Virus record (IMG/VR): IMGVR_UViG_3300030207_001508
Coordinates: 1-27,413 of that record
Source: a virus
Taxonomy: Duplodnaviria; Caudoviricetes
Length of the DNA: 27,413 nucleotides
Strand: one strand, 5' to 3'
This document shows, piece by piece, positions 17,965 to 26,066 of the stretch. Every line of letters begins with the position of its first letter. The stretch's first letter is position 1. Both the position numbers and the translations under genes were made by a program. The notes beneath the pieces are model-generated. The model did not search any database and was not told where the DNA came from. It saw only the letters and a list, made by a program, of their open reading frames with translations.

Positions 17965-20085
17965 ATGGCTAATCAAATTCGATTTAAAAGAGCATCAGGA
18001 AGTGACCCAAGTGCATCTGATCTTGCTATAGGAGAACCAGGTCTTAGAACTGATACAGCAGAACTATTCTTTAAAAAAGACGATGGCACAATAGCAAAGG
18101 TATCAGGGGGAGGCGGTGGCCCCGACTTTAAATATTTAGAACTAAGAAATGCAGCAAATAATGGAGCAGCTAGTTATCCGGGGAATGATTTTACACTTGT
18201 AGAAGCAGGGACTACAACTGCTGTTAGTCCAGCAGCAGCAGCCACTCTATTAGTTAGTGTCTCAGGTGTTATACAAAAACCTAACGCTGGAACGTCAACA
18301 AGTGGCATCACAGGATTTATTGTTGATGGCTCAAGATTCAAAACTGCGACTAATCTCCCTGCTGCCCCTGATTTCATTATTTACCAAGAGTCTGGCGGTA
18401 TTGGCGAACCAAGTGACAATACAGTAACAAGTGCCAAAATCGTTGATGGAGCGATTGTAAATGCAGATATTAATGCAAGTGCAGCGATAGCTGGGTCAAA
18501 GATTTCTCCTGATTTTGGATCGCAAAATGTAGTTACAACTGGAACATTGCAAAGCGATAATATGACGATTTCGGGAACAGCCCCGAAATTAGATTTTGTC
18601 GATACAAATGCAAATAGTGACTTTAGAATTATTATTGATGGTGGTATTTTTTATATTCAAGACACAACAAATAGTAATGCAACAAGACTAACAATCGGTT
18701 CAGATGGTCAGTTTGATTTTGAGGGAAATGTTGATTGTAACAACGGATTAGACGTAACAGGAGCTATAAGTTCAACTGGAACTATAACTATTACAAATGA
18801 AGAACCTAAAATAAGTTTAGTAGATTCTGGTCATAACCCTGATTTTGAGATCCTAAACACAAATGGTACTTTTAAGATAAAAGATGCCACAAACGGAATA
18901 GATAGGTTAAAAGTAAATTCTGATGGTCATGTTGATATTCAAGACAACTTAGATGTAGGTAACGGCATTGATGTAGAAGATGGAGACATTACTCTAGCTT
19001 CTGGTCATACAGTTGATGGTCGTGACGTATCTGCTGATGGATCAAAACTTGATGGAATTGAATCAGGAGCAACCGCAGATCAAACTAACTCCGAGATAAA
19101 AACAGCTTACGAAGCTAATAGCAACACAAACGCTTTTACAGATGCACTTTTATCAAAATTAAATGGAATTGCTGCTTCTGCTACTAATGTCACTAATACT
19201 AATCAGCTTACAAATGGTGCTGGTTTTATTACTGCAACTCTTACTAATGAACAAGTCCAAGATATTGTTGGCGGTATGGTTACTGGTAATACTGAATCTG
19301 GTATTACTGTCACATATCAAGATAGTGATGGCACTTTAGATTTCTCTGTTGCTTCTCAAACTGATAATAACTTTACAACAACATTAAAAAATAAACTTGA
19401 TGGAATTGCTGCTAGTGCAACAAATGTCACTAATAATAACCAATTAACTAATGGAGCAGGGTATCTTACATCATCTTCTACATTAAGTTCATCAAATTTA
19501 TCTGGTGCTTTACCAGCTATTGATGGCTCTAATTTAACAGGCATTGCAGCATTTCCCTCTGGGACTCGTATGCTGTTTCAGCAAACTAATGCACCTACTG
19601 GCTGGACTAAAGACACTAGCGATACAAACAATAGAGCTTTAAGAGTAGTCTCAGGTTCAGCAGGTTCTGGTGGTTCTGTTGCTTTTACAACAGCCTTTGC
19701 GAGTAAATCTGTATCTGGTTCTATCGCTAATGCAACTGCTGGCGGTTCTATCGGTAATACATCTGCTGGGGGTTCAGTTAGCAACCATACTTTATCTACA
19801 TCACAAATACCAGCACATAGTCACAGCATGACCCAAAGAAATGCTGGCCTTGGTTGTGGACCTAATATACCTCAAGCTGGTATCCCCGGTACATTTGGTT
19901 GTAATACCAACAGCACAAGTTTTTCTACTAATAATACTGGTGGAGGCGGTTCACACAATCATGGTTTTAGTGGATCTGCTCACAATCACTCGTTCTCAGG
20001 TTCGGCACATAATCACAGTTTTTCTGGTACGGCTATAAACTTGGCAGTTCAATATTTAGACGTTATTATTGCAAGTAAAAACTAG
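17965..20085 (+). CDS. Tail fibre 3: Mtd-N-like N-terminus, mosaic shaft, collar domain and HxH needle tip
   Basis: AGGAGG RBS; MANQIRFKRASG...LAIGEPG; FPSGTRMLFQQTNAPTGWTK collar; HSH plus three HNH. Confidence 0.85.
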   Translation: MANQIRFKRASGSDPSASDLAIGEPGLRTDTAELFFKKDDGTIAKVSGGGGGPDFKYLELRNAANNGAASYPGNDFTLVEAGTTTAVSPAAAATLLVSVSGVIQKPNAGTSTSGITGFIVDGSRFKTATNLPAAPDFIIYQESGGIGEPSDNTVTSAKIVDGAIVNADINASAAIAGSKISPDFGSQNVVTTGTLQSDNMTISGTAPKLDFVDTNANSDFRIIIDGGIFYIQDTTNSNATRLTIGSDGQFDFEGNVDCNNGLDVTGAISSTGTITITNEEPKISLVDSGHNPDFEILNTNGTFKIKDATNGIDRLKVNSDGHVDIQDNLDVGNGIDVEDGDITLASGHTVDGRDVSADGSKLDGIESGATADQTNSEIKTAYEANSNTNAFTDALLSKLNGIAASATNVTNTNQLTNGAGFITATLTNEQVQDIVGGMVTGNTESGITVTYQDSDGTLDFSVASQTDNNFTTTLKNKLDGIAASATNVTNNNQLTNGAGYLTSSSTLSSSNLSGALPAIDGSNLTGIAAFPSGTRMLFQQTNAPTGWTKDTSDTNNRALRVVSGSAGSGGSVAFTTAFASKSVSGSIANATAGGSIGNTSAGGSVSNHTLSTSQIPAHSHSMTQRNAGLGCGPNIPQAGIPGTFGCNTNSTSFSTNNTGGGGSHNHGFSGSAHNHSFSGSAHNHSFSGTAINLAVQYLDVIIASKN
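19156..19464 (+). repeat. Two diverged 72-nt direct repeats (19156-19227, 19393-19464); third copy at 22770-22841 in fibre 4
   Basis: KLNGIAASATNVTNTNQLTNGAGF, KLDGIAASATNVTNNNQLTNGAGY, KLDGIASGANNITNNNQISNGAGY. Confidence 0.85.
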
Positions 20086-20391
20086 ATGACTATTAAAGTT
20101 GAAAGTGGAGATCATTGCCCTTTGATGGGTAAAACCTGCATCGGATTGCAATGTGCATGGTTTACAAAAGTACAAGGAACTAATCCACAGAACGGACAAG
20201 ATGTAGAAGAATGGGCTTGTGCAGTTGCATGGCTTCCAATGTTAGCCATAGAAAACAGCCAAAATACAAGAATGAGTGGTGCTGCTGTAGAGTCATTTAG
20301 AAATGAAATGGTAAAACGAATGGATATGCCGTTAGCTCCCAAAACCCCTAAAATAGAAAATATTAATATTACTAATTTATTGGAGGATTAA
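20086..20391 (+). CDS. Cys-rich fibre-associated protein
   Basis: Starts directly after fibre 3 stop; CPLMGKTCIGLQCAWF...CAVAWLP...AAVESFRNEMV. Confidence 0.65.
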   Translation: MTIKVESGDHCPLMGKTCIGLQCAWFTKVQGTNPQNGQDVEEWACAVAWLPMLAIENSQNTRMSGAAVESFRNEMVKRMDMPLAPKTPKIENINITNLLED

Positions 20392-20393
20392 TT

Positions 20394-20843
20394 ATGAAAC
20401 TAACAATAATAGCTGAAGATAAATCAGTAACAAAAGATGGTACTTGCGTTCCCGATATAGATATGTCATCTTGGTTGCCTACAGATGTATGGGCTGTGAA
20501 TTGGGATAGTGAAACCTCAACAGGAGAAATTGAATATAATGACGGAAAACCAAATGTAGCTATAAATGAAATTGGTATTTATTCTCAAGCCGTTACAGAT
20601 TTTGATAAAGCTTTACCTGATGCAGAAGAAACAAAGTTAAGAGGTTTTGTTCTTACTCCTATAAATTCACTAAGAGTTTTAAGAGATAATAAGTTAGCTG
20701 AAAGTGATTGGACACAGTTTACAGATTCTCCTCTTGCAGATGCTAAAAAAACAGAATGGGCAACATATCGCCAAAAATTAAGAGATTTACCAGCAACCGA
20801 AACTGATTATGAAAACCCAACTTGGCCTACAGAGCCAACTTAA
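20394..20843 (+). CDS. Tail fibre assembly chaperone
   Basis: GGAGG RBS; LRVLRDNKLAESDWTQ...WATYRQKLRDLP...WPTEP. Confidence 0.85.
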   Translation: MKLTIIAEDKSVTKDGTCVPDIDMSSWLPTDVWAVNWDSETSTGEIEYNDGKPNVAINEIGIYSQAVTDFDKALPDAEETKLRGFVLTPINSLRVLRDNKLAESDWTQFTDSPLADAKKTEWATYRQKLRDLPATETDYENPTWPTEPT

Positions 20844-21513
20844 AGATACTTCAATAGTTAACGACCCTTTTATCTGGTATAAAGATAATGTTTTGTCTGA
20901 AAGTTTTTGTATAGATACTATAGATAAATTTGAAAAATCTGATTCTCCATTTAAACTGCAAGGTCGTGCTGGATATGCTGTTAATACACAAATAAAAGAA
21001 AGTTTAGATTTATTTATAAGTGATAAAGAAGAGTGGAAATATGAAGATAGTATTTTAGAACAAACTTTATATCAAGGTGTTCAAGAATATATACAATCAT
21101 TAAATAAAAAGTTAAAATTACCTCTTTTTAATCCTAAATTGTCAAATTTTGGTATTTCTATTTTTGTAAATGATGGAGACCAGCATCATGTTTTTGATAG
21201 CGGTTATCAAATACAAAAAACCTCGGTAGGTAAGGGATATTCTTGGCATGATGATTTTTGTACTAAGGGAATGAATAATGAAGATGGTCCAAGATATTTA
21301 ACTTTTATCTGGTATTTAAATACTGTAGATGAAGGTTGGACTCAGTTTTACAATGGTAATCAAGTCGCACCAAAACAAGGCAGATTACTTTTATTTCCTT
21401 CTTCTTGGACTTATATTCATCAAGGCTATCCCCCAAAACAAACTAAATATATTATTACTGGGTGGATTCAACAAAATATAGCTACAAATGGTCAAACCAT
21501 AAATTATGTTTAG
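20809..21513 (+). CDS. 2OG-Fe(II) oxygenase, prolyl-4-hydroxylase-like (start uncertain)
   Basis: YSWHDD (HxD), RYLTFIWYLN, PKQGRLLLFP, WTYIHQG (distal His), KYIITGW. Confidence 0.9.
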   Translation: MKTQLGLQSQLKDTSIVNDPFIWYKDNVLSESFCIDTIDKFEKSDSPFKLQGRAGYAVNTQIKESLDLFISDKEEWKYEDSILEQTLYQGVQEYIQSLNKKLKLPLFNPKLSNFGISIFVNDGDQHHVFDSGYQIQKTSVGKGYSWHDDFCTKGMNNEDGPRYLTFIWYLNTVDEGWTQFYNGNQVAPKQGRLLLFPSSWTYIHQGYPPKQTKYIITGWIQQNIATNGQTINYV

Positions 21514-21566
21514 CCTTTATTATTATGCTATTTTATAAATAGAAAACAGACATTCCCTAGCTAATT

Positions 21567-23180
21567 ATGTCTCTCACAAAAATCACAAGCGAAGGAATTG
21601 CAGATGGCAGTATAGTAAATGCCGATTTGCATTCTGCTGCAAATATAGACGGAACTAAAATAGCTGACAATTCAATAGGTGGTGGTAAAATACCTGCGAA
21701 TCAAATAACAAATGCACACCTAGCCACAAGCACTATTCTTAGAGGTAATTTATCTAACAACTGTATAGGTACAACAGAAATAATTGACACGGCAGTAACA
21801 CTAGCTAAATTAGAACACGGCACATCTAGCAATGATGGTAAGTTTTTAAGGGCTAATAATGGTGCTGACCCTACATTTGAAACTGTAGACACTACAACAA
21901 ATTTAGGAATATCAACGGCAACAGATTCTGTAACAGTAACAAGTAGCACAGGAAACAACGCACAGATAAGTGAAGCATCTGGCTCGGCTGCTGGTGTTAT
22001 GTCTGTTGCTCATCACGATAAATTAGACGGCATCGAAGCTTCAGCCACAGCAGATCAAACGGCTTCAGAAATACTAACACTTATAAAAACTGTAGATGGA
22101 GCAGGGTCAGGATTAGACGCTGACACCTTAGACGGCATATCTTCAGCTAGTTTTGTCAGATCAGATGCAAGCGATACATTAACTGGAGCAGGGTACACAT
22201 TTAGCACTTCTGAAAATGAAAAAATTGTTTTATCTGGTTCAAGTGACCCTTATATAAGATGGCAAGAAGGTACAACTAATAGAGCTTATATTCAATTTAA
22301 TTCAAATAATTACTTTTATTTCGCAAATCAACAATATAATACAAATTTAAAATTAGGAGATACTTTTACATTTTATGATGGCAGTAGCGATAGAACTGTT
22401 TACCATACAGGCAATTTACCAACTTCTATTGCTAACTTATTGGAAGATACTACACCACAGCTAGGCGGTGACTTAGATACAAATAGTTTTGAAATAAGTT
22501 TAGATGATAACCACGCTGTTAAGTTTGGTAATAGTGCTGACTTAACTGTTAAGCATGATGGTAGTAATGCTTTTTTACAATGTAATACTGGGAGTTTAAA
22601 TTTATCTCCAAGTGGAGATGCTGGAATTCAAGTAAATCAATCAGGGTCGGTAAAATTAGCACATAATGACTCATTTAAGCTTGAAACAGCAAGTGGTGGA
22701 ATTTCAGTAACAGGAAATATAAGCGTATCAGGCACAGTAGATGGTCGTGATGTAGCTAGTGATGGGTCAAAATTAGACGGCATTGCTTCTGGTGCTAATA
22801 ACATTACAAATAATAATCAAATATCAAATGGTGCTGGCTATATGAGTGGAAGTACCTCTCAACTTGTAAAAGCATATGTTAATTACAACGGAAATAATAA
22901 CTCTATAAGAGACGATTACAATGTTAGTTCTATAACTGACCATGCTAACGGAGATCAAACTGTTAATTTTTCAAGTTCGATTTCTATGAGCTATACAGTA
23001 TCAGGTATGCCTATAGGCCATGACCACTTAGGAGCAAGATGTACAAATTGTATAAGAGGTAGTTCATCATCAGGGCCAACTCGTATGAACTCAACAGGTG
23101 TAAGAATAATGAGAGGTTTTGGATCTCATAACGCTAGGCAAGATGGTCATACAATGTGTGTGGCAATTCATAGACCTTAA
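21567..23180 (+). CDS. Tail fibre 4 / adhesin
   Basis: IADGSIVNAD repeats, VDGAGSGLDADTLDG, DTTPQLGGDLD, VDGRDVASDGSKLDG; C-terminal KAYVNY...NVSSITD domain paralogous to fibre 1. Confidence 0.82.
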   Translation: MSLTKITSEGIADGSIVNADLHSAANIDGTKIADNSIGGGKIPANQITNAHLATSTILRGNLSNNCIGTTEIIDTAVTLAKLEHGTSSNDGKFLRANNGADPTFETVDTTTNLGISTATDSVTVTSSTGNNAQISEASGSAAGVMSVAHHDKLDGIEASATADQTASEILTLIKTVDGAGSGLDADTLDGISSASFVRSDASDTLTGAGYTFSTSENEKIVLSGSSDPYIRWQEGTTNRAYIQFNSNNYFYFANQQYNTNLKLGDTFTFYDGSSDRTVYHTGNLPTSIANLLEDTTPQLGGDLDTNSFEISLDDNHAVKFGNSADLTVKHDGSNAFLQCNTGSLNLSPSGDAGIQVNQSGSVKLAHNDSFKLETASGGISVTGNISVSGTVDGRDVASDGSKLDGIASGANNITNNNQISNGAGYMSGSTSQLVKAYVNYNGNNNSIRDDYNVSSITDHANGDQTVNFSSSISMSYTVSGMPIGHDHLGARCTNCIRGSSSSGPTRMNSTGVRIMRGFGSHNARQDGHTMCVAIHRP

Positions 23181-23212
23181 TGCTAAGTTGAATGTACATT
23201 TACTAATTTTAT

Positions 23213-23446
23213 ATGTCTGCTATTACTCAAAAACAAGTTTTGCAATGGAAAGAAGAACTTAAAACTCACAAAGAAAGACTTGCACAAGCACAATCTGTTG
23301 TTCAGACAGAAACAAGAGTTATTTCAATGATTGAGGGCGGTATTCAGTTTGGGGAGAACTTGTTGAAGCAGAACGAACAAGAAGTCCTGCAATCAGATAA
23401 AGCGGAGACAAAGAAAGGATCAAAAACAGAACAACCAAACTCATAG
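23213..23446 (+). CDS. Small coiled-coil protein after fibre 4
   Basis: Heptad-like WKEELKTHKERLAQAQ...MIEGGIQF; TG-C-TAAGTT upstream at 23181. Confidence 0.55.
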   Translation: MSAITQKQVLQWKEELKTHKERLAQAQSVVQTETRVISMIEGGIQFGENLLKQNEQEVLQSDKAETKKGSKTEQPNS

Positions 23447-23480
23447 TACCCATAGCTTTAACAATTGCTTCTTTAATCAT
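23319..23480 (-). CDS. Small single-TM membrane protein (53 aa), not in ORF track
   Basis: MIKEAIVKAMGTMSLVVLFLILSLSPLYLIAGLLVRSASTSSPQTEYRPQSLK; long uncharged hydrophobic span; antisense overlap with 23213-23446. Confidence 0.55.
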   Translation of the reverse strand: MIKEAIVKAMGTMSLVVLFLILSLSPLYLIAGLLVRSASTSSPQTEYRPQSLK

Positions 23481-23718
23481 GTATCAGAAAATCTCTAATA
23501 TTTTGAGTATAGCTTCATTTGTACTCATAGTCAGCACTTTAATTTCAGCATTTTTTGGTTACAAATATGTAACCTCAGAACAATTTAAAACAAAAATTAT
23601 GAATGAAGTTCTTGGAAATGTTCAAGGACTTATGCCAAAAGTTTTAGATAATGCAATTCCAGACGTTACAGGTCCATCTTTACCAATACCTCCAGAAGCT
23701 AAAAAACTTGGAATCTAG
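23479..23718 (+). CDS. Small membrane protein with N-terminal TM, amphipathic helix and Pro-rich tail
   Basis: ILSIASFVLIVSTLISAFFGY TM; IPDVTGPSLPIPP. Confidence 0.75.
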   Translation: MYQKISNILSIASFVLIVSTLISAFFGYKYVTSEQFKTKIMNEVLGNVQGLMPKVLDNAIPDVTGPSLPIPPEAKKLGI

Positions 23719-23879
23719 TGAATTGTTATTGGTGTAATACTGAATTAATACCAAGTGGAGATATAGACATTGATGAGTCTATGCCAACTTATCCTGAGTT
23801 TTCAGTAATGACTAATTTATTGTGTCCTAAATGTTATTCGCAAGTAGAAGTATTAAAAAAAAGAGATGCTTTTGATTGA
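23718..23879 (+). CDS. Zinc-ribbon mini-protein (53 aa), not in ORF track
   Basis: GTG start sharing a base with upstream TAG; CYWC...CPKC; TGA overlaps next ATG. Confidence 0.7.
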   Translation: MNCYWCNTELIPSGDIDIDESMPTYPEFSVMTNLLCPKCYSQVEVLKKRDAFD

Positions 23880-24514
23880 TGGAGATACCTAGTATAAATA
23901 TTGCAGAAATATATATACCTGAGATATATATTCCAGAACCTTATACACCTAATATTCCTGTTGTAAATCAGTACTTAGATATCAATACACCAGGATGCAC
24001 TTATCAACATAGAGATATCAAAAATACAGGAAATCATAATTTATTGTTAGACGATCCAAACGGAACATATACAATTTGCGATTTTTCATTTCCAAGTTTT
24101 ATTCCTCCTGTTTACAATCCTAATCAAATGACGATAGTGGAAGAACCATTACCACAAGGAGGAGATCCAGAAATACCTGAGACAGAGACACCTAAAATTC
24201 CCGAAGAAAAAAAAGAAAAAGATATGCAAGTGCCTGAGTGTCCAGGTCCTAAAGACCAGCGAGTGGGCGATTTCAGAAATTCACAAAAGCTTGAAAAAGT
24301 AGTATCGCATCGCTTATCATCGGACAAAAGAGAATGCATAACTGAATATGAAAGAGTGGAATGGAAAGAGCAGTTCATCCCATCTGCCCCTCAGTTTGTT
24401 GGGGTCTTTAGCCTTGCTTTGGTTGGGGCTTCTGCTCCAGTTGTTTTACAACTAGTACGTCCCTTAGTTAAGCAGGTTGTTTCTAAAATAACTAAATCTA
24501 AAAAAGATAAATAA
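23879..24514 (+). CDS. Pro-rich, four-Cys protein with C-terminal membrane anchor
   Basis: ATG at 23879 (TGATG); EIYIPEIYIPE repeats; Cys at GCTY, TICD, ECPG, RECI; FVGVFSLALVGASAPVVL followed by Lys-rich tail. Confidence 0.8.
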   Translation: MEIPSINIAEIYIPEIYIPEPYTPNIPVVNQYLDINTPGCTYQHRDIKNTGNHNLLLDDPNGTYTICDFSFPSFIPPVYNPNQMTIVEEPLPQGGDPEIPETETPKIPEEKKEKDMQVPECPGPKDQRVGDFRNSQKLEKVVSHRLSSDKRECITEYERVEWKEQFIPSAPQFVGVFSLALVGASAPVVLQLVRPLVKQVVSKITKSKKDK

Positions 24515-24516
24515 TT

Positions 24517-25050
24517 TTAAATAATTGTACTAGCCCAACCAGTAATAATATATTTTCTTTCATTTGGAGCTGGTACTCCTCTATGCATATGCGTCCAACC
24601 TGCTGGCCAAATATACATACTACCTGCCATAGGGAATAATGTAGTTTTTTGATGTATAAACTCAGTACCTCCTCCAATTTTTATAGTATTAAGATAAATC
24701 ATCCAAGCAAGAATTCTATTTGGCGATCCATCAGTTTCGCAATGTATATAACTGTAATATGCTTTTGGTTCATATCTCATTAAGTAAGCAACATCATCCA
24801 CATCCCAATCAGCTAAATTTGTGCTTAATAAGGGATATTTTTCCTTATATCTTGCAAAAGTCGCTAATATTTCTTCTTTTAAAATATCAGATTTATAAAT
24901 ACTAATTGGTATTTCTAAATCATCTAGTTCCATAATATTCCCAACTCCACCTTTATTTGCCATTCTTATATTTGATTCAAAAAAAGAAATAAGATTATTG
25001 CAAGTTTCAATTGATAAACAATTAGGATTGTTCATCATATAATTTTCCAT
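24517..25050 (-). CDS. 2OG-Fe(II) oxygenase, prolyl-4-hydroxylase-like
   Basis: IHCE (HxE), RILAWMIYLN, GGGTEF, WPAGWTHMHRG, KYIITGW; TAA-ATG coupling with upstream gene. Confidence 0.88.
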   Translation of the reverse strand: MENYMMNNPNCLSIETCNNLISFFESNIRMANKGGVGNIMELDDLEIPISIYKSDILKEEILATFARYKEKYPLLSTNLADWDVDDVAYLMRYEPKAYYSYIHCETDGSPNRILAWMIYLNTIKIGGGTEFIHQKTTLFPMAGSMYIWPAGWTHMHRGVPAPNERKYIITGWASTII

Positions 25051-25767
25051 TTATGGTTTTGTATCAATTTTATGAGTATGCGGTATTACTTGATTAGGCG
25101 GTATAGAGACTTGTATGCCTTCACAAGTAACTGCATATTTTCCAACAAATTGCACTCCGCTACGCACTTGCTCGCCACATATCTTGAGTCTATAAAGTTC
25201 CATTTCCATTTTTAATTTTTGCGTTAAAAGCTTTTGATTTTCTATATTTACTTCTGTGGCTTCTAAACAAAGTTTTGGTGCTTTGCCTAATGGAACGCTT
25301 ATTTGTGCAGAAATTCCATAGTTAAGGTTAAAATTATCTTTTTCAAATCTTGGTATCTCTTGGTAATATTTTATTTCTCCTGTATCTTCGTCATAGATTG
25401 GAGTACGAGTTGTATATTCTATAGGTCGGTTAAAGCTCCACGAATCTGTCATGTATGGAGTAATCGTGAGAGTAGGAGATGCACAGACAATACCTTGCGA
25501 CATCCTAAATTGTGGATGGCTAGAAGGGGTTATCATTGTGGCATTGTTATTAACTACCCCGGTACTTTGCGATTGAGGACTAGCAACAGTAGTGTTTGCA
25601 AGGGTTTTGACAGGACTTAGTAATATTGCTATTGCCCAAAGGTACTTGTAGATTCTGTAGTAGTTGAGGTTGTTATAGTTCTGTTTATTGTTGTTATTGT
25701 GTCCAAACCTGGTGCCATGACGCTTTCGACCAAGCTGAAGGAACTTCCGGGAACTGCTACCTTCCAT
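25051..25767 (-). CDS. Exported four-Cys protein with beta-hairpin and long helix (putative outer-membrane protomer); start uncertain (ATG 25767 or non-canonical ATC 25653)
   Basis: Signal-like KYLWAIAILLSPVKTLA; PTLTITPY...NYGISAQISVPLG followed by coiled coil. Confidence 0.75.
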   Translation of the reverse strand: MEGSSSRKFLQLGRKRHGTRFGHNNNNKQNYNNLNYYRIYKYLWAIAILLSPVKTLANTTVASPQSQSTGVVNNNATMITPSSHPQFRMSQGIVCASPTLTITPYMTDSWSFNRPIEYTTRTPIYDEDTGEIKYYQEIPRFEKDNFNLNYGISAQISVPLGKAPKLCLEATEVNIENQKLLTQKLKMEMELYRLKICGEQVRSGVQFVGKYAVTCEGIQVSIPPNQVIPHTHKIDTKP

Positions 25768-26066
25768 CTTGGATTTGTTGTGCCATCTATAGAAGTCCAA
25801 CTAAAATTTACTCCTCCAACAGTTTGTTCATTAACAGTTGTCTGAGTCGGATCAATGTATCCATCAATGTCTGTACTTTCAATATTATGACCCGAAACTG
25901 AGAATGTGTAACCTGTACGATATTGATGACTTGTGATCGTTTCATTTATAACTGATTCAGAAGTCGAGCTGGTCGTACTCGACCCGGAACGAAACTGGGG
26001 AACTACAGGTGTAGCAAGAGCTTTGATCGGGTATAAGAATATTAGCAGTAAACAAAGTTTAGTCAA
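25629..26066 (-). CDS. Secreted Ser/Thr-rich beta protein
   Basis: TTG start overlapping upstream stop; signal MTKLCLLLIFLYPIKALA with ALA cleavage. Confidence 0.8.
   Translation of the reverse strand: MTKLCLLLIFLYPIKALATPVVPQFRSGSSTTSSTSESVINETITSHQYRTGYTFSVSGHNIESTDIDGYIDPTQTTVNEQTVGGVNFSWTSIDGTTNPRWKVAVPGSSFSLVESVMAPGLDTITTINRTITTSTTTESTSTFGQ

Noticed and set aside
21534-21541. T4-type late promoter TATAAATA before fibre 4
   Set aside because: Also occurs inside a gene (24894), expected by chance in AT-rich DNA, and is absent before the other late genes
267-22000. Numerous minus-strand ORFs in the track (e.g. 410-934, 1795-2154, 7940-8488)
   Set aside because: Antisense shadows of well-supported plus-strand genes with no recognisable motifs
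14343-23180. Diversity-generating retroelement suggested by Mtd-N-like domains and paralogous tips
   Set aside because: No reverse transcriptase in the window and no near-identical TR/VR pair differing only at adenines; repeats differ at all base types
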